Shown here one piece after another: positions 8,201 through 14,793 of a DNA stretch of 32,000 bases (its first letter is position 1; the number at the start of each line of letters is the position of its first letter). Both the position numbers and the translations under genes were made by a program. Under the pieces are notes generated by a model. The model did no database searches and was not told the origin of the DNA. It saw nothing but the letters and a program-made list of their open reading frames with translations. The stretch is taken from NCBI GenBank assembly GCA_964373795.1, contig CAYJVY010000008.1, positions 40,992 to 72,991 of the forward strand. Reading direction: 5' to 3'. Source of the stretch: an uncultured archaeon (GTDB taxonomy: Archaea; Iainarchaeota; Iainarchaeia; Iainarchaeales; DATDZZ01).

Positions 8201-8364
8201 AAGAAATCCTTCCACTCCAGTAATTCCTCTACAGAGTATTCACTTAATTCTTCTTCTTTTAATTCTTTAAATGAAGGAAAAACTCCTTTTTTCAAGTAAC
8301 TATATTTGATTTCTTTTTGCAATCCCAGTATTTCTTTCACTAAAAATTGATTTTCTTCACCCAT
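5209..8364 (-). CDS. HerA/FtsK-superfamily (DUF87-like) P-loop ATPase with long acidic N-terminal and wHTH-containing C-terminal extensions
   Basis: Walker A VCFVCGARGSGKSY, Walker B WLFIDEAHTLIP and FATQQPSAIDSRVLSQIDVIVSHKL match HerA-type signatures. The N-terminal ~250 aa are Glu-rich low complexity plus one helical motif. The C-terminal ~340 aa include a wHTH-like segment (EEVKVLRNLEKKKKTLKEISLPTGLQEEEVRKLLDKLTSKNIVEQ). GGGGA lies 8 nt before the ATG. Confidence 0.8.
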   Translation of the reverse strand: MGEENQFLVKEILGLQKEIKYSYLKKGVFPSFKELKEEELSEYSVEELLEWKDFLLKEKSNAVQEKEEEIVVEKIKSGEEKDVFDELIGEDPKHPKAEKINEEEKTEREIEEEFSESEEEEEKIPEEEVLEAAKLILDYKKIGLEEEECIEELKNSGYNENTINQIMKKAIQLEKQAVKEFEKEKELSEAEEKELEQEAVEGEQEESMEEGNELNESEDAERVEGIDLGEEIDREEVKKEIMEKALNESFKAKPLTLSGVPLTFLEDKKSGSVFIGRKKANYQKYGFEGTLFVGKVQEKEYLNKSVFLDSLNPHVCFVCGARGSGKSYILGVMAEELALKNKNVGIIVVDPIGVFWSMKYPNKEEKEIKLLSEWDLLPQGLKNVKVFIPEGIKNEVPKETFDSTFAIQPSLLTGEDWCLTFGIDRFSPTGLLIDRTLKKISEGFKTVEGQTIKAKGKNYSLSDITFCMENDSDINSREKGFKQDSIRALISRFESAKHWGIFSEKGTPLTELSKENQLTIIDSSFLDDTVTALVLGVLSRRILAARKILTRKEAVQRMKTIEVEKLLELDIPPTWLFIDEAHTLIPSGNIKTPATNSLVEYVKQGRRPGCSLVFATQQPSAIDSRVLSQIDVIVSHKLVFDDDIKAVFKRTPTIIPEKYKKSNFIKTLPVGVGLTGDRSEETSRAFIMKVRPRMSQHEGRDAETSQMSYLVTEEQAKQIIIELVAKKIKREKQAEKKELNKLIESLNEKYNSHVKPEDIYSELVKKGLIVETNSVKVEEKEETGKIIEEEKLIEDKPIEPTEEGFTEQTELLAFPIRINEENALKIIHGIRKKKILGILGEEELIQSIQLKYRNIWKISYEAFNKRKEFITKDAFIDSVNGEFLHFKDGKFVESRGLAKLKELSQEEVKVLRNLEKKKKTLKEISLPTGLQEEEVRKLLDKLTSKNIVEQAVKENTGMLYGLKSEIDIPPHPRTELIESLKELPFVQVNSLAREKENYLREEIPNLLHLLWPNVLVRKVSEVYWPLYHVKLNNNGVEKIVIVDALTGQRIK

Positions 8365-9002
8365 TTACTTTCCCCTTGTCAAGTCCGGCGTGTATGACTC
8401 AAGCATATACAAACCAATGCGTTGTTCGCGAAACATTTTGCAAGCACTTTAATTTAATTCTTCAAACCCGCTTTAAGGTCTTTTTATTAAAATTACTGGT
8501 AAACTTATATTAAAACCATTCTTTTCACTAGTTTTAATGAGTTTTTCTAGTCAAATATTAAAAAACGTGGCTTAAAAATTTTTAAAAAATTAGTTTTTGA
8601 TGTACATGGATTAAATTTTTTTGATTTTTTTTTCTAAAAATAATTTTATGTATCAATTCGACAAAGTATTTTTAAATTCATTTGTGTATAAAAGTAATTC
8701 AGTATTGGGAGTTAAGGAGATGAGTTATACTGCTTTGCAGATCCCTGACTTATCTCCGTTATCTTTTTCTAATTCTTTAATCAATTTTTTCTTCAACATT
8801 TTTCCAGTTTTTTTCCCTACTTTTTTGCTTTGAATACAATTTTAAAGATGACTATTTCCTATTTTTACAGTTCTCGCCCACTAAACAGTAACAGCCAATT
8901 TTTTTTGTGGTCGTTGACACAAAATTTTTCTTCAATCATTTGAAAATTTTTTTTGCAAAAAATATTTCTTTTCCAAGGTTTTCTTTTTTAAAGAAAAGCT
9001 TT

Positions 9003-9086
9003 GCAGCGGTGGCAGAGTGGTCTAATGCGCTGGCCTTGAGAGCCAGTATCCGCAAGGATGCGCGAGTTCGAATCTCGTCCGCTGCG
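9003..9086 (+). tRNA. tRNA-Ser (anticodon UGA)
   Basis: GCAGCGG TG GCAG AGTGGTCTA ATGC G CTGGC CTTGAGA GCCAG TATCCGCAAGGATGC GCGAG TTCGAAT CTCGT CCGCTGC G. Class-II cloverleaf with 15-nt variable arm, G73, no CCA. Confidence 0.9.
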
Positions 9087-9211
9087 TTCTGCTTTTTCTT
9101 TCTTTTCCTAAAGAAAGAAAAAGTAAGTTGCAAAAAGAAAGAAAAGGTTTAAGAGATTGCAAAAAGAATCAATTGTTTTGGCAATTGCAAAAAAGTTTTT
9201 GTGATCAAAAC
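9087..9211 (+). repeat. Direct-repeat copy A: tRNA-Ser 3' flank (paralogous to 15464..15577)
   Basis: The first 14 nt (ttctgctttttctt) are identical to 15464..15477. A 51-nt block at 9125..9175 matches 15491..15541 at 49/51 positions by my count. The tail ends in a shared gatcaaaac. Confidence 0.8.
9092..9123 (+). terminator. Perfect 14-bp polypyrimidine/polypurine hairpin with T5 run after tRNA-Ser(UGA); possible terminator or processing element
   Basis: CTTTTTCTTTCTTT (9092..9105), loop tcct, AAAGAAAGAAAAAG (9110..9123). Archaeal termination usually needs only oligo-T, so the function is uncertain. Confidence 0.35.
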
Positions 9212-9343
9212 ACTTAGCTCAAAAGCAGACAAAATCTTGTGTGTGTTTTGACTCAGAAATCAAACATTTTGTTTTTGTCTGATTCTGTTTCAAACTCATA
9301 AATTCCCTACACGTTTTATTAAGCTAAAAAGTGGGCGTATATT

Positions 9344-10588
9344 ATGAGAAAAGAAAATTCTGAATTCCATCAATATGAAAAAAAGTTAGAGAATCTTATT
9401 AGGAGAATTAAAGGAATTTCAACTAAAGGAACAAATGGAAAATGGCCTGCATATAAGTTAACTGAAAAAAACAGAAAGAAACTTTTAGAATATTACGAAA
9501 GTCTTTATTCTAGTGGAGCCAGAAGTATTTCCAGAAAAATTCGGATAATGAGTTCTACTGCACAATTGTTTGGATGGTTGGAAAAAGATTTTGATTTAGT
9601 GGAAAAGGAAGACTTGGTTAAATTGATTGTCAAAATTTCTAGTAAGAAATATTCACCTCATACTATTATGATGTTTAAGGTTTCAATTAAACAGTTTTGG
9701 AAATGGCTGTATGGGGAAGATGAATATCCTAAACTTGTGAGGTTCATTAAGTGTACTGTTAAACATAATGAAAAAAAATTGCCTGAAGACCTTTACTCTG
9801 AAGAAGATATTAAAAAAATCCTTTCAGTTTGTGAGAATCCAATGAATGCGGCTTTGCTTGCTGTAACTTATGAATCTGGTGCTCGTATTGGGGAAATTGG
9901 CAATGCAAGAATTGGCTCGCTTGAGTTTAAGGATATAGAAGCAACGATTGTTTTGAATGGAAAAACTGGTTCAAGAAAAGTGTTGCTCCTAATGTCAGTT
10001 CCTTATTTGAAGGAATGGCTTTCCTTTCATCCTGGTAGAGATAACAAAAATTCTTCATTGTTTGTTTTAACTGGAAATGTAAATAAAGGTAGTCCTTTAA
10101 CTTATGGTGCCGCCAGAAAAATTTTTCGCAATAGTATCGAAAAAGCTGGAATAAACAAAGCTTTTAATCCGCATATTTTTAGGCATTCTCGTGCAACTTT
10201 TTTGGCAAAGTATTTGAATGAGGCTCAGTTGTGTGAGGTTTTTGGTTGGAAGTATGGTTCAAGCGATTCTCCTTCTGTTTATGTTTCTCTTTCGCAAAAA
10301 CAGATTTATGCTCCAATTAAAAAAATTTATGGAATTAAAGTGGATGAAGAAGAAGACAAATCGAAACTAATTCCAAAAAATTGCGAAATCTGCAATCATT
10401 TAAACAAACTCGAAACTGAGATTTGTTTCAGGTGTTCCAATCCTTTAAGCATGAAAGGAATGCTTGACAAAATGAATTCTTATAAATTACAAAAAGATGT
10501 TTTGGATAGCATGCCAAAAGATGTAATTTTCAAAATATTGGATGATTGGTGGTCAAAAAAGCAAGGTATGACAAATTTTACTAGGTGA
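9344..10588 (+). CDS. Tyrosine recombinase / phage-type integrase with C-terminal zinc ribbon
   Basis: Catalytic set recognisable: Arg (GARIGEIG), H-x-x-R (PHIFRHSRATF), Tyr (SPSVYVSL). N-terminal SAM-like core-binding region. C-terminal CEICNH...CFRCSN zinc ribbon. Confidence 0.85.
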   Translation: MRKENSEFHQYEKKLENLIRRIKGISTKGTNGKWPAYKLTEKNRKKLLEYYESLYSSGARSISRKIRIMSSTAQLFGWLEKDFDLVEKEDLVKLIVKISSKKYSPHTIMMFKVSIKQFWKWLYGEDEYPKLVRFIKCTVKHNEKKLPEDLYSEEDIKKILSVCENPMNAALLAVTYESGARIGEIGNARIGSLEFKDIEATIVLNGKTGSRKVLLLMSVPYLKEWLSFHPGRDNKNSSLFVLTGNVNKGSPLTYGAARKIFRNSIEKAGINKAFNPHIFRHSRATFLAKYLNEAQLCEVFGWKYGSSDSPSVYVSLSQKQIYAPIKKIYGIKVDEEEDKSKLIPKNCEICNHLNKLETEICFRCSNPLSMKGMLDKMNSYKLQKDVLDSMPKDVIFKILDDWWSKKQGMTNFTR

Positions 10589-10646
10589 TTGTCGAAGTTA
10601 GAAGAATGTTTTTATTTGTTTTTGAATTGAATTTGGATTGGTTTCA

Positions 10647-11999
10647 ATGAATTTTAAGGAATCTCAAACAATTGAGTTGAAGAGTTCTTTGTCTCAATTG
10701 GATAAGTCTTTGGAAGGCATTTGTGCTTTTCTTAATCACGAGGGCGGAAGGATTTATTTTGGTGTTTCTAATTCTGGTCAATTTCTTGGTTTGGATGTTA
10801 GTGATTCTAGTTTGAGAAAAATTTCTCAAAAGATTGTTTCAAAAATTAAACCAGAGTTTGTCCCTCTGATAAGAGAGTTAAATGTTGAAGGTAAATCAAT
10901 TATTGAGGTTGTAGTTCCTGAGGGAATTGATAAGCCTTATTTTTTGGACGGCATTGCTTTTGTGAGAATTGGTTCTGAGAATAGGATTATTCCCCCTGCA
11001 GAGTTAAAGAAAATGATTTTATTATATGGGCAAAAGAATTGGGATTTTGAGATTTGTAATGATGGTAAATTGGAAGACATTGATTTTAAAAAAGTTAAAT
11101 GGTATTTGAAAGAGAGGGAAAAGCATAGGAATGTTTCTAGTAAACTTAATATTTCATTTGAGGAATTGTTGACTAATTTGAAGTGTTTGAGAAATGGCAA
11201 GCCAACTAATGCTGGAATTTTGTTTTTTGGCAAATACCATCAAAGATTTTTTACTAATGCTGATTTACGCGTAATTAAATTCAAGGGACTTGATGTAATT
11301 AACCCTACTTTGGATAGTGTAACTTGTCAAGGTAGTTTGCCTGAAATGATTGGTTTGAGTGAGGATTTTGTTAGAAAAAATATCCGTTTGCTTGGAACGC
11401 GTACTTCCAAAAGTTTTCGTAGGGAGGATAAATTTGAGTATCCAATTGATGCTGTTCGTGAAGCCATAATTAATGCATTGATTCACCGCAATTATTTCAC
11501 GTCAAGCGATGTTAGGGTTTTCATTTTTGATGACAGACTTGAAGTAATTAATCCTGGAACTTTTCCTAATGGGATTACTCCAGAAAAACCCCGCCACAAA
11601 GCAGTTAATGAAATCCTTTGCAGTTTGGTTTATGATGTTGGTTTGATTGAAAAATACGGTTCAGGAATTAAAATGATGAACTATCTTTCAAAAGAATGGG
11701 GAAATAAGCAGCCATATTATGACTTGCACGAAGTTGAAACAAAAATAGTATTTGAATCCCAAATCAAAGAATCAACTTATGTTGAAACAATGGAGAGCAT
11801 TAGTGGATTAAATAGCAGACAAAAAGAAGCACTAAGGTTAATGAAACATAAAGGTGAAATATTTACTAATAAGAAATATAGGGAATACTTTAATGTTGGA
11901 AGAGCCACTGTAAATCGTGATTTAGAAAACCTTTTAAAAATTGGTTTAATTGATAAAATTGGTGTTGGAAAAGCAATTAAGTATGTGTCAAAAAAATGA
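10647..11999 (+). CDS. Schlafen/AlbA_2 domain - HATPase_c_4-like - wHTH protein (often annotated RecG-like or transcriptional regulator)
   Basis: N-terminus ESQTIELKSSL...EGICAFLNHEGGRIYFGV is the AlbA_2 signature. AVREAIINALIHRNY is typical of the associated ATPase-like domain. C-terminal GRATVNRDLENLLKIGLIDKIG is a wHTH. The ORF track starts at TTG 10638; ATG 10647 is more likely. Confidence 0.75.
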   Translation: MNFKESQTIELKSSLSQLDKSLEGICAFLNHEGGRIYFGVSNSGQFLGLDVSDSSLRKISQKIVSKIKPEFVPLIRELNVEGKSIIEVVVPEGIDKPYFLDGIAFVRIGSENRIIPPAELKKMILLYGQKNWDFEICNDGKLEDIDFKKVKWYLKEREKHRNVSSKLNISFEELLTNLKCLRNGKPTNAGILFFGKYHQRFFTNADLRVIKFKGLDVINPTLDSVTCQGSLPEMIGLSEDFVRKNIRLLGTRTSKSFRREDKFEYPIDAVREAIINALIHRNYFTSSDVRVFIFDDRLEVINPGTFPNGITPEKPRHKAVNEILCSLVYDVGLIEKYGSGIKMMNYLSKEWGNKQPYYDLHEVETKIVFESQIKESTYVETMESISGLNSRQKEALRLMKHKGEIFTNKKYREYFNVGRATVNRDLENLLKIGLIDKIGVGKAIKYVSKK

Positions 12000-12032
12000 G
12001 GCGCAAAATGAGGCGCAAAATGAGGCGCAAAA
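11997..12032. repeat. Perfect 12-nt tandem repeat x3 (TGAGGCGCAAAA) starting at the stop codon of the AlbA_2 gene
   Basis: Read directly: tgaggcgcaaaa tgaggcgcaaaa tgaggcgcaaaa at 11997..12008, 12009..12020 and 12021..12032. Confidence 0.95.
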
Positions 12033-12346
12033 CAAATCTAGTTAATTAAAAAATTGCCTTATTCTTGGAATTTTGGGTTATATGCTTTCCATTTTGGTTG
12101 TTCTTTTTCTTTTGTTATTTTTTCTATATATTTTTTGAATTGTGTTATATCTGAGTCTGATTCAATTTTTTTTTATGTAAAATTAATTTTTTCGCGCATT
12201 AAAATTATTTAAAGCACGGGACTTATTTTTGTTTAAGTCCTATTATTTTTATAGTTGTTTTTCTAATCTTGGTTTATAATGAAGAGATATTTAAACATTT
12301 GTTTGAATTCATTGTTATATGGTGGGGCTGTAAAGGAGTTTTGTAA

Positions 12347-13582
12347 ATGACTTTTGAGAGTATGAATTTTAGTAGAGAAATAAAAGATGCAATTAAAAGA
12401 ATGGGTTATACTGAGCCTACCTTTGTGCAGACTAGTACTATTCCTTTGATGCTTGCAGGGCATAACGTGATTGTGGAAAGCCATACTGGGAGTGGGAAAA
12501 CACTTGCTTTTGGAATACCTATTTCTGATAATATTTTAACTGGGAAATCAAAAGCAGCATTAGTGCTTTGCCCTACCCATGAACTTGTAGTACAAGTAAG
12601 AGATGAGATTCGCAAAATCAATCACAATATTGGCATAAATATTTTTGCATTTTATGGCGGCCATGGAATGTCTTCTGAAATTAAAGCCATATCAAATGGA
12701 ATAGATATTTTGTGTGCTACTCCTGGAAGGCTTTTAGATCATTTCAAGCAAAACAATTTAGATCCAAACATGTTTGACACTGTTGTATTAGATGAGGCTG
12801 ACAGAATGCTTGACATGGGTTTTATTCAGGACTTGCGTCAAATTTTGAATTATGTAAGGCCTTCAAAAGTGCATTTATTTTCAGCAACTCTTGATAAAAG
12901 TGTTGCAAAACTTATTCATGAATACATTCCAATTTATGAAGAAGTAATAGCTACTGAAAACCTTGTTGGTAAAAATATTTTTGAAAGACATATTAAGGTT
13001 TCAAGAGACAAAAAATTAGATGCGTTAGTTGAAATAATAAAAGAAGCCAAGAATGGAAGAGTATTGGTTTTTGTTTCAACAAAAAGAGGAGCAGATTTTA
13101 TTTCTTCACGGCTTTCAAGAATGCATTACAAAGTTGAAGCAATTCATGGAGATAAAAGCCAAAGATCAAGAGACTTTGCTTTACAGAACTTCAAGCATGG
13201 GAAAAAAAATATTTTGGTTGCCACTGATGTTGCTGCACGAGGTTTACAGATTGATAATGTTGAATATGTAGTAAACTATGACTTGGCTAACAGTGCTGAC
13301 ATGCATAAGCATAGAATTGGTAGAACTGGTAGAATGGGTGAAATAGGTCATGCAATTACCTTTGTTAACGAACTAGGACAAATAATTGAAAGCTCTAAAT
13401 TTCATAAAAGGGGTGTTGAGAGAAATAACTGGAGGGGCCCTGGAAGAGATAGATTTAATTCCCTTCAAAGAGGTGAAGACAGTAGAGGTCGTAGTTTCAC
13501 TTCGAGCAGTCATTTCAATAAACGGCCTATCAGACACCATAATTTCAGGCACAGAAATGAAAGACGCTTTAGCAACTCTTGA
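12347..13582 (+). CDS. DEAD-box ATP-dependent RNA helicase
   Basis: Q-motif region, motif I SHTGSGKT, Ia PTHELVVQ, TPGRL, II DEAD, III SAT, V/VI ARGLQI and HRIGRTGR. Arg-rich C-terminal tail. AGGAG SD 8 nt upstream. Confidence 0.9.
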   Translation: MTFESMNFSREIKDAIKRMGYTEPTFVQTSTIPLMLAGHNVIVESHTGSGKTLAFGIPISDNILTGKSKAALVLCPTHELVVQVRDEIRKINHNIGINIFAFYGGHGMSSEIKAISNGIDILCATPGRLLDHFKQNNLDPNMFDTVVLDEADRMLDMGFIQDLRQILNYVRPSKVHLFSATLDKSVAKLIHEYIPIYEEVIATENLVGKNIFERHIKVSRDKKLDALVEIIKEAKNGRVLVFVSTKRGADFISSRLSRMHYKVEAIHGDKSQRSRDFALQNFKHGKKNILVATDVAARGLQIDNVEYVVNYDLANSADMHKHRIGRTGRMGEIGHAITFVNELGQIIESSKFHKRGVERNNWRGPGRDRFNSLQRGEDSRGRSFTSSSHFNKRPIRHHNFRHRNERRFSNS

Positions 13583-13709
13583 AAGTTAAATTTTGTTCAA
13601 TTCATGCCCTTGTTTGCGTTTTTCTTGCATTTAAATTAGTTTTTGCATTTTAAGGTAGCTTGCTTATTAAAGGAGAAATAATTTAAATGTTTTTTACTTC
13701 AATTATTTA

Positions 13710-14372
13710 ATGTCTAAAGAAGAGTTAAACCAGTTTACAGTTAAATTAATTATAGTGGTTTTATTTGCATTGCTTGTAGCAGTAATTGCTCAGCAAACCT
13801 TTTTCAAGCAACCGCCTTCCAATCAAAATAATTCTCAAGACAAAAACGTTGACTTGAATAATGATTCTTCTCCAAGTTTTGATATCAATAAAGGGGTTTC
13901 AAAAAAACTAAATGAAGTTGAATTAGGAGACAAAGTTAAAGTTGATTATTCTTTAACTCTTCCCACTGGGCAAACAGTTGATTCAACTCTTGCTAGTGGA
14001 AAGCCTTTTATTTTCACTGTTGGAAGCAATGAAGTTATTCCAGGATTTAATAAAGCAGTTTTAGGAATGAAGTTAAACGAGCAAAAAAATGTTACAATTT
14101 TGCCAGGAGAAGGATATGGAGAGCTAAGCCCTGAATTCACTGAAGTATTTAATAAAAATGTTTTAATTGCAACTGGCTTGGATGCAAATGAATTATTAGC
14201 AGGAATATTCATTCAAATAACTGACTCTAAAGGAAAACAAAAAACTGGAAAAATTTTAAAAATTGGAGGAGACATAGTTGAAGTAGATTTTCACCCAAAT
14301 AATTCTCACCCATTTTATGACAAAGAATTAGATTTTTGGATTAAGGTTTTAGAAATTCAAAAAAGAAGTTGA
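13710..14372 (+). CDS. FKBP-type peptidyl-prolyl cis-trans isomerase with N-terminal membrane anchor or signal
   Basis: VKVDYSLTLPTGQTVDST...FIFTVGSNEVIPGFNKAVLGMKLNEQK...GEGYG and a C-terminal LDFWIKVLEI match the FKBP/SlyD fold with an insert-in-flap region. The N-terminus has one hydrophobic helix (LIIVVLFALLVAVIAQ). Confidence 0.85.
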   Translation: MSKEELNQFTVKLIIVVLFALLVAVIAQQTFFKQPPSNQNNSQDKNVDLNNDSSPSFDINKGVSKKLNEVELGDKVKVDYSLTLPTGQTVDSTLASGKPFIFTVGSNEVIPGFNKAVLGMKLNEQKNVTILPGEGYGELSPEFTEVFNKNVLIATGLDANELLAGIFIQITDSKGKQKTGKILKIGGDIVEVDFHPNNSHPFYDKELDFWIKVLEIQKRS

Positions 14373-14376
14373 TTTA

Positions 14377-14793
14377 ATGACTGAAAACTGTATTTTTTGT
14401 AAAATTATTTCAAAAGAAATTCCTTCAAACATTGTTTTTGAAGATGACTCTGTAATGGCTTTTCTTGACATTAATCCAATTAGTGAAGGACATACACTTG
14501 TATTGCCTAAAAATCATTCAATTGATTTCCTTGAATTAGATAAAAATGTTTTAAGTGATTTAACCATTAAAACCCAATTCATTGCTGAAAAAATTAAAAA
14601 AGTTCTAAAAGCAGACGGAATAAATATTTCCTTCAATATTGGCAGAGCTGCAGGGCAAATAATTTTTCACACCCATGTTCATGTAATTCCAAGATATGAA
14701 AACGATGGACTTAAAGGATGGAGCAGGCATTCAGAATTAACTTCAATTGATTTCAAAGAAATGGCTGAAAAAATTAAAAAAGAATTCCAATGA
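14377..14793 (+). CDS. HIT-family (histidine triad) nucleotide hydrolase/transferase
   Basis: N-terminal CIFCKI, and HTHVHVIP (HxHxHxx) histidine triad near the C-terminus. Confidence 0.85.
   Translation: MTENCIFCKIISKEIPSNIVFEDDSVMAFLDINPISEGHTLVLPKNHSIDFLELDKNVLSDLTIKTQFIAEKIKKVLKADGINISFNIGRAAGQIIFHTHVHVIPRYENDGLKGWSRHSELTSIDFKEMAEKIKKEFQ

Larger units (their letters stand above)
9087..12032 (+). mobile_element. Candidate integrated element (tRNA-adjacent integrase plus AlbA_2 cargo); right boundary unresolved
   Basis: An intact tyrosine integrase starts 257 nt after the tRNA-Ser 3' end. The neighbouring gene has shifted codon usage. A 12-nt tandem repeat lies at 11997..12032. Alternative right ends are near 13600 or at the tRNA-Ser(GGA) repeat at 15380..15577. 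Confidence 0.4.

Noticed and set aside
8716-8757. C/D-box sRNA reading of the hairpin (GAGATGA ... CTGA)
   Set aside because: The C-like box has a mismatch. The element is only 42 nt with no C'/D' boxes. The flanks pair through the boxes rather than forming a K-turn. The evidence is insufficient.
8621-8833. 70-aa ORF in the long spacer (TTG start; internal ATG 8720 right after AAGGAG)
   Set aside because: The SD abuts the ATG with no spacing, the peptide is Phe/Leu/Asn low-complexity, and the ORF overlaps the hairpin. It is probably non-coding, though a tiny membrane peptide cannot be excluded.
8907-9152. ORF-track entries 8907..9152 (+) and 8936..9133 (-)
   Set aside because: Both are laid directly over tRNA-Ser(UGA) and its polypurine/polypyrimidine flank. 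Their peptides are low-complexity (FFFLFLKKEK...) and they have no RBS. They are spurious.
11997-12032. Three in-frame TGA codons as evidence for UGA recoding (code 4/25-like)
   Set aside because: TGA terminates several well-conserved genes at their expected lengths in this window (integrase, DEAD-box helicase, FKBP, HIT, NUDIX). I saw no conserved gene needing in-frame TGA readthrough. The standard code fits.
11997-12032. CRISPR-like array
   Set aside because: The repeats are contiguous 12-mers with no spacers, and there are no cas genes. It is a simple tandem repeat.
13595-13640. Possible degenerate attR (tgcgtttttctt resembles ctgcgttctgctttttctt of the tRNA-Ser 3' junction)
   Set aside because: The match needs a 4-5-nt gap and covers mostly T-runs in AT-rich DNA, so it is not distinguishable from chance by eye.
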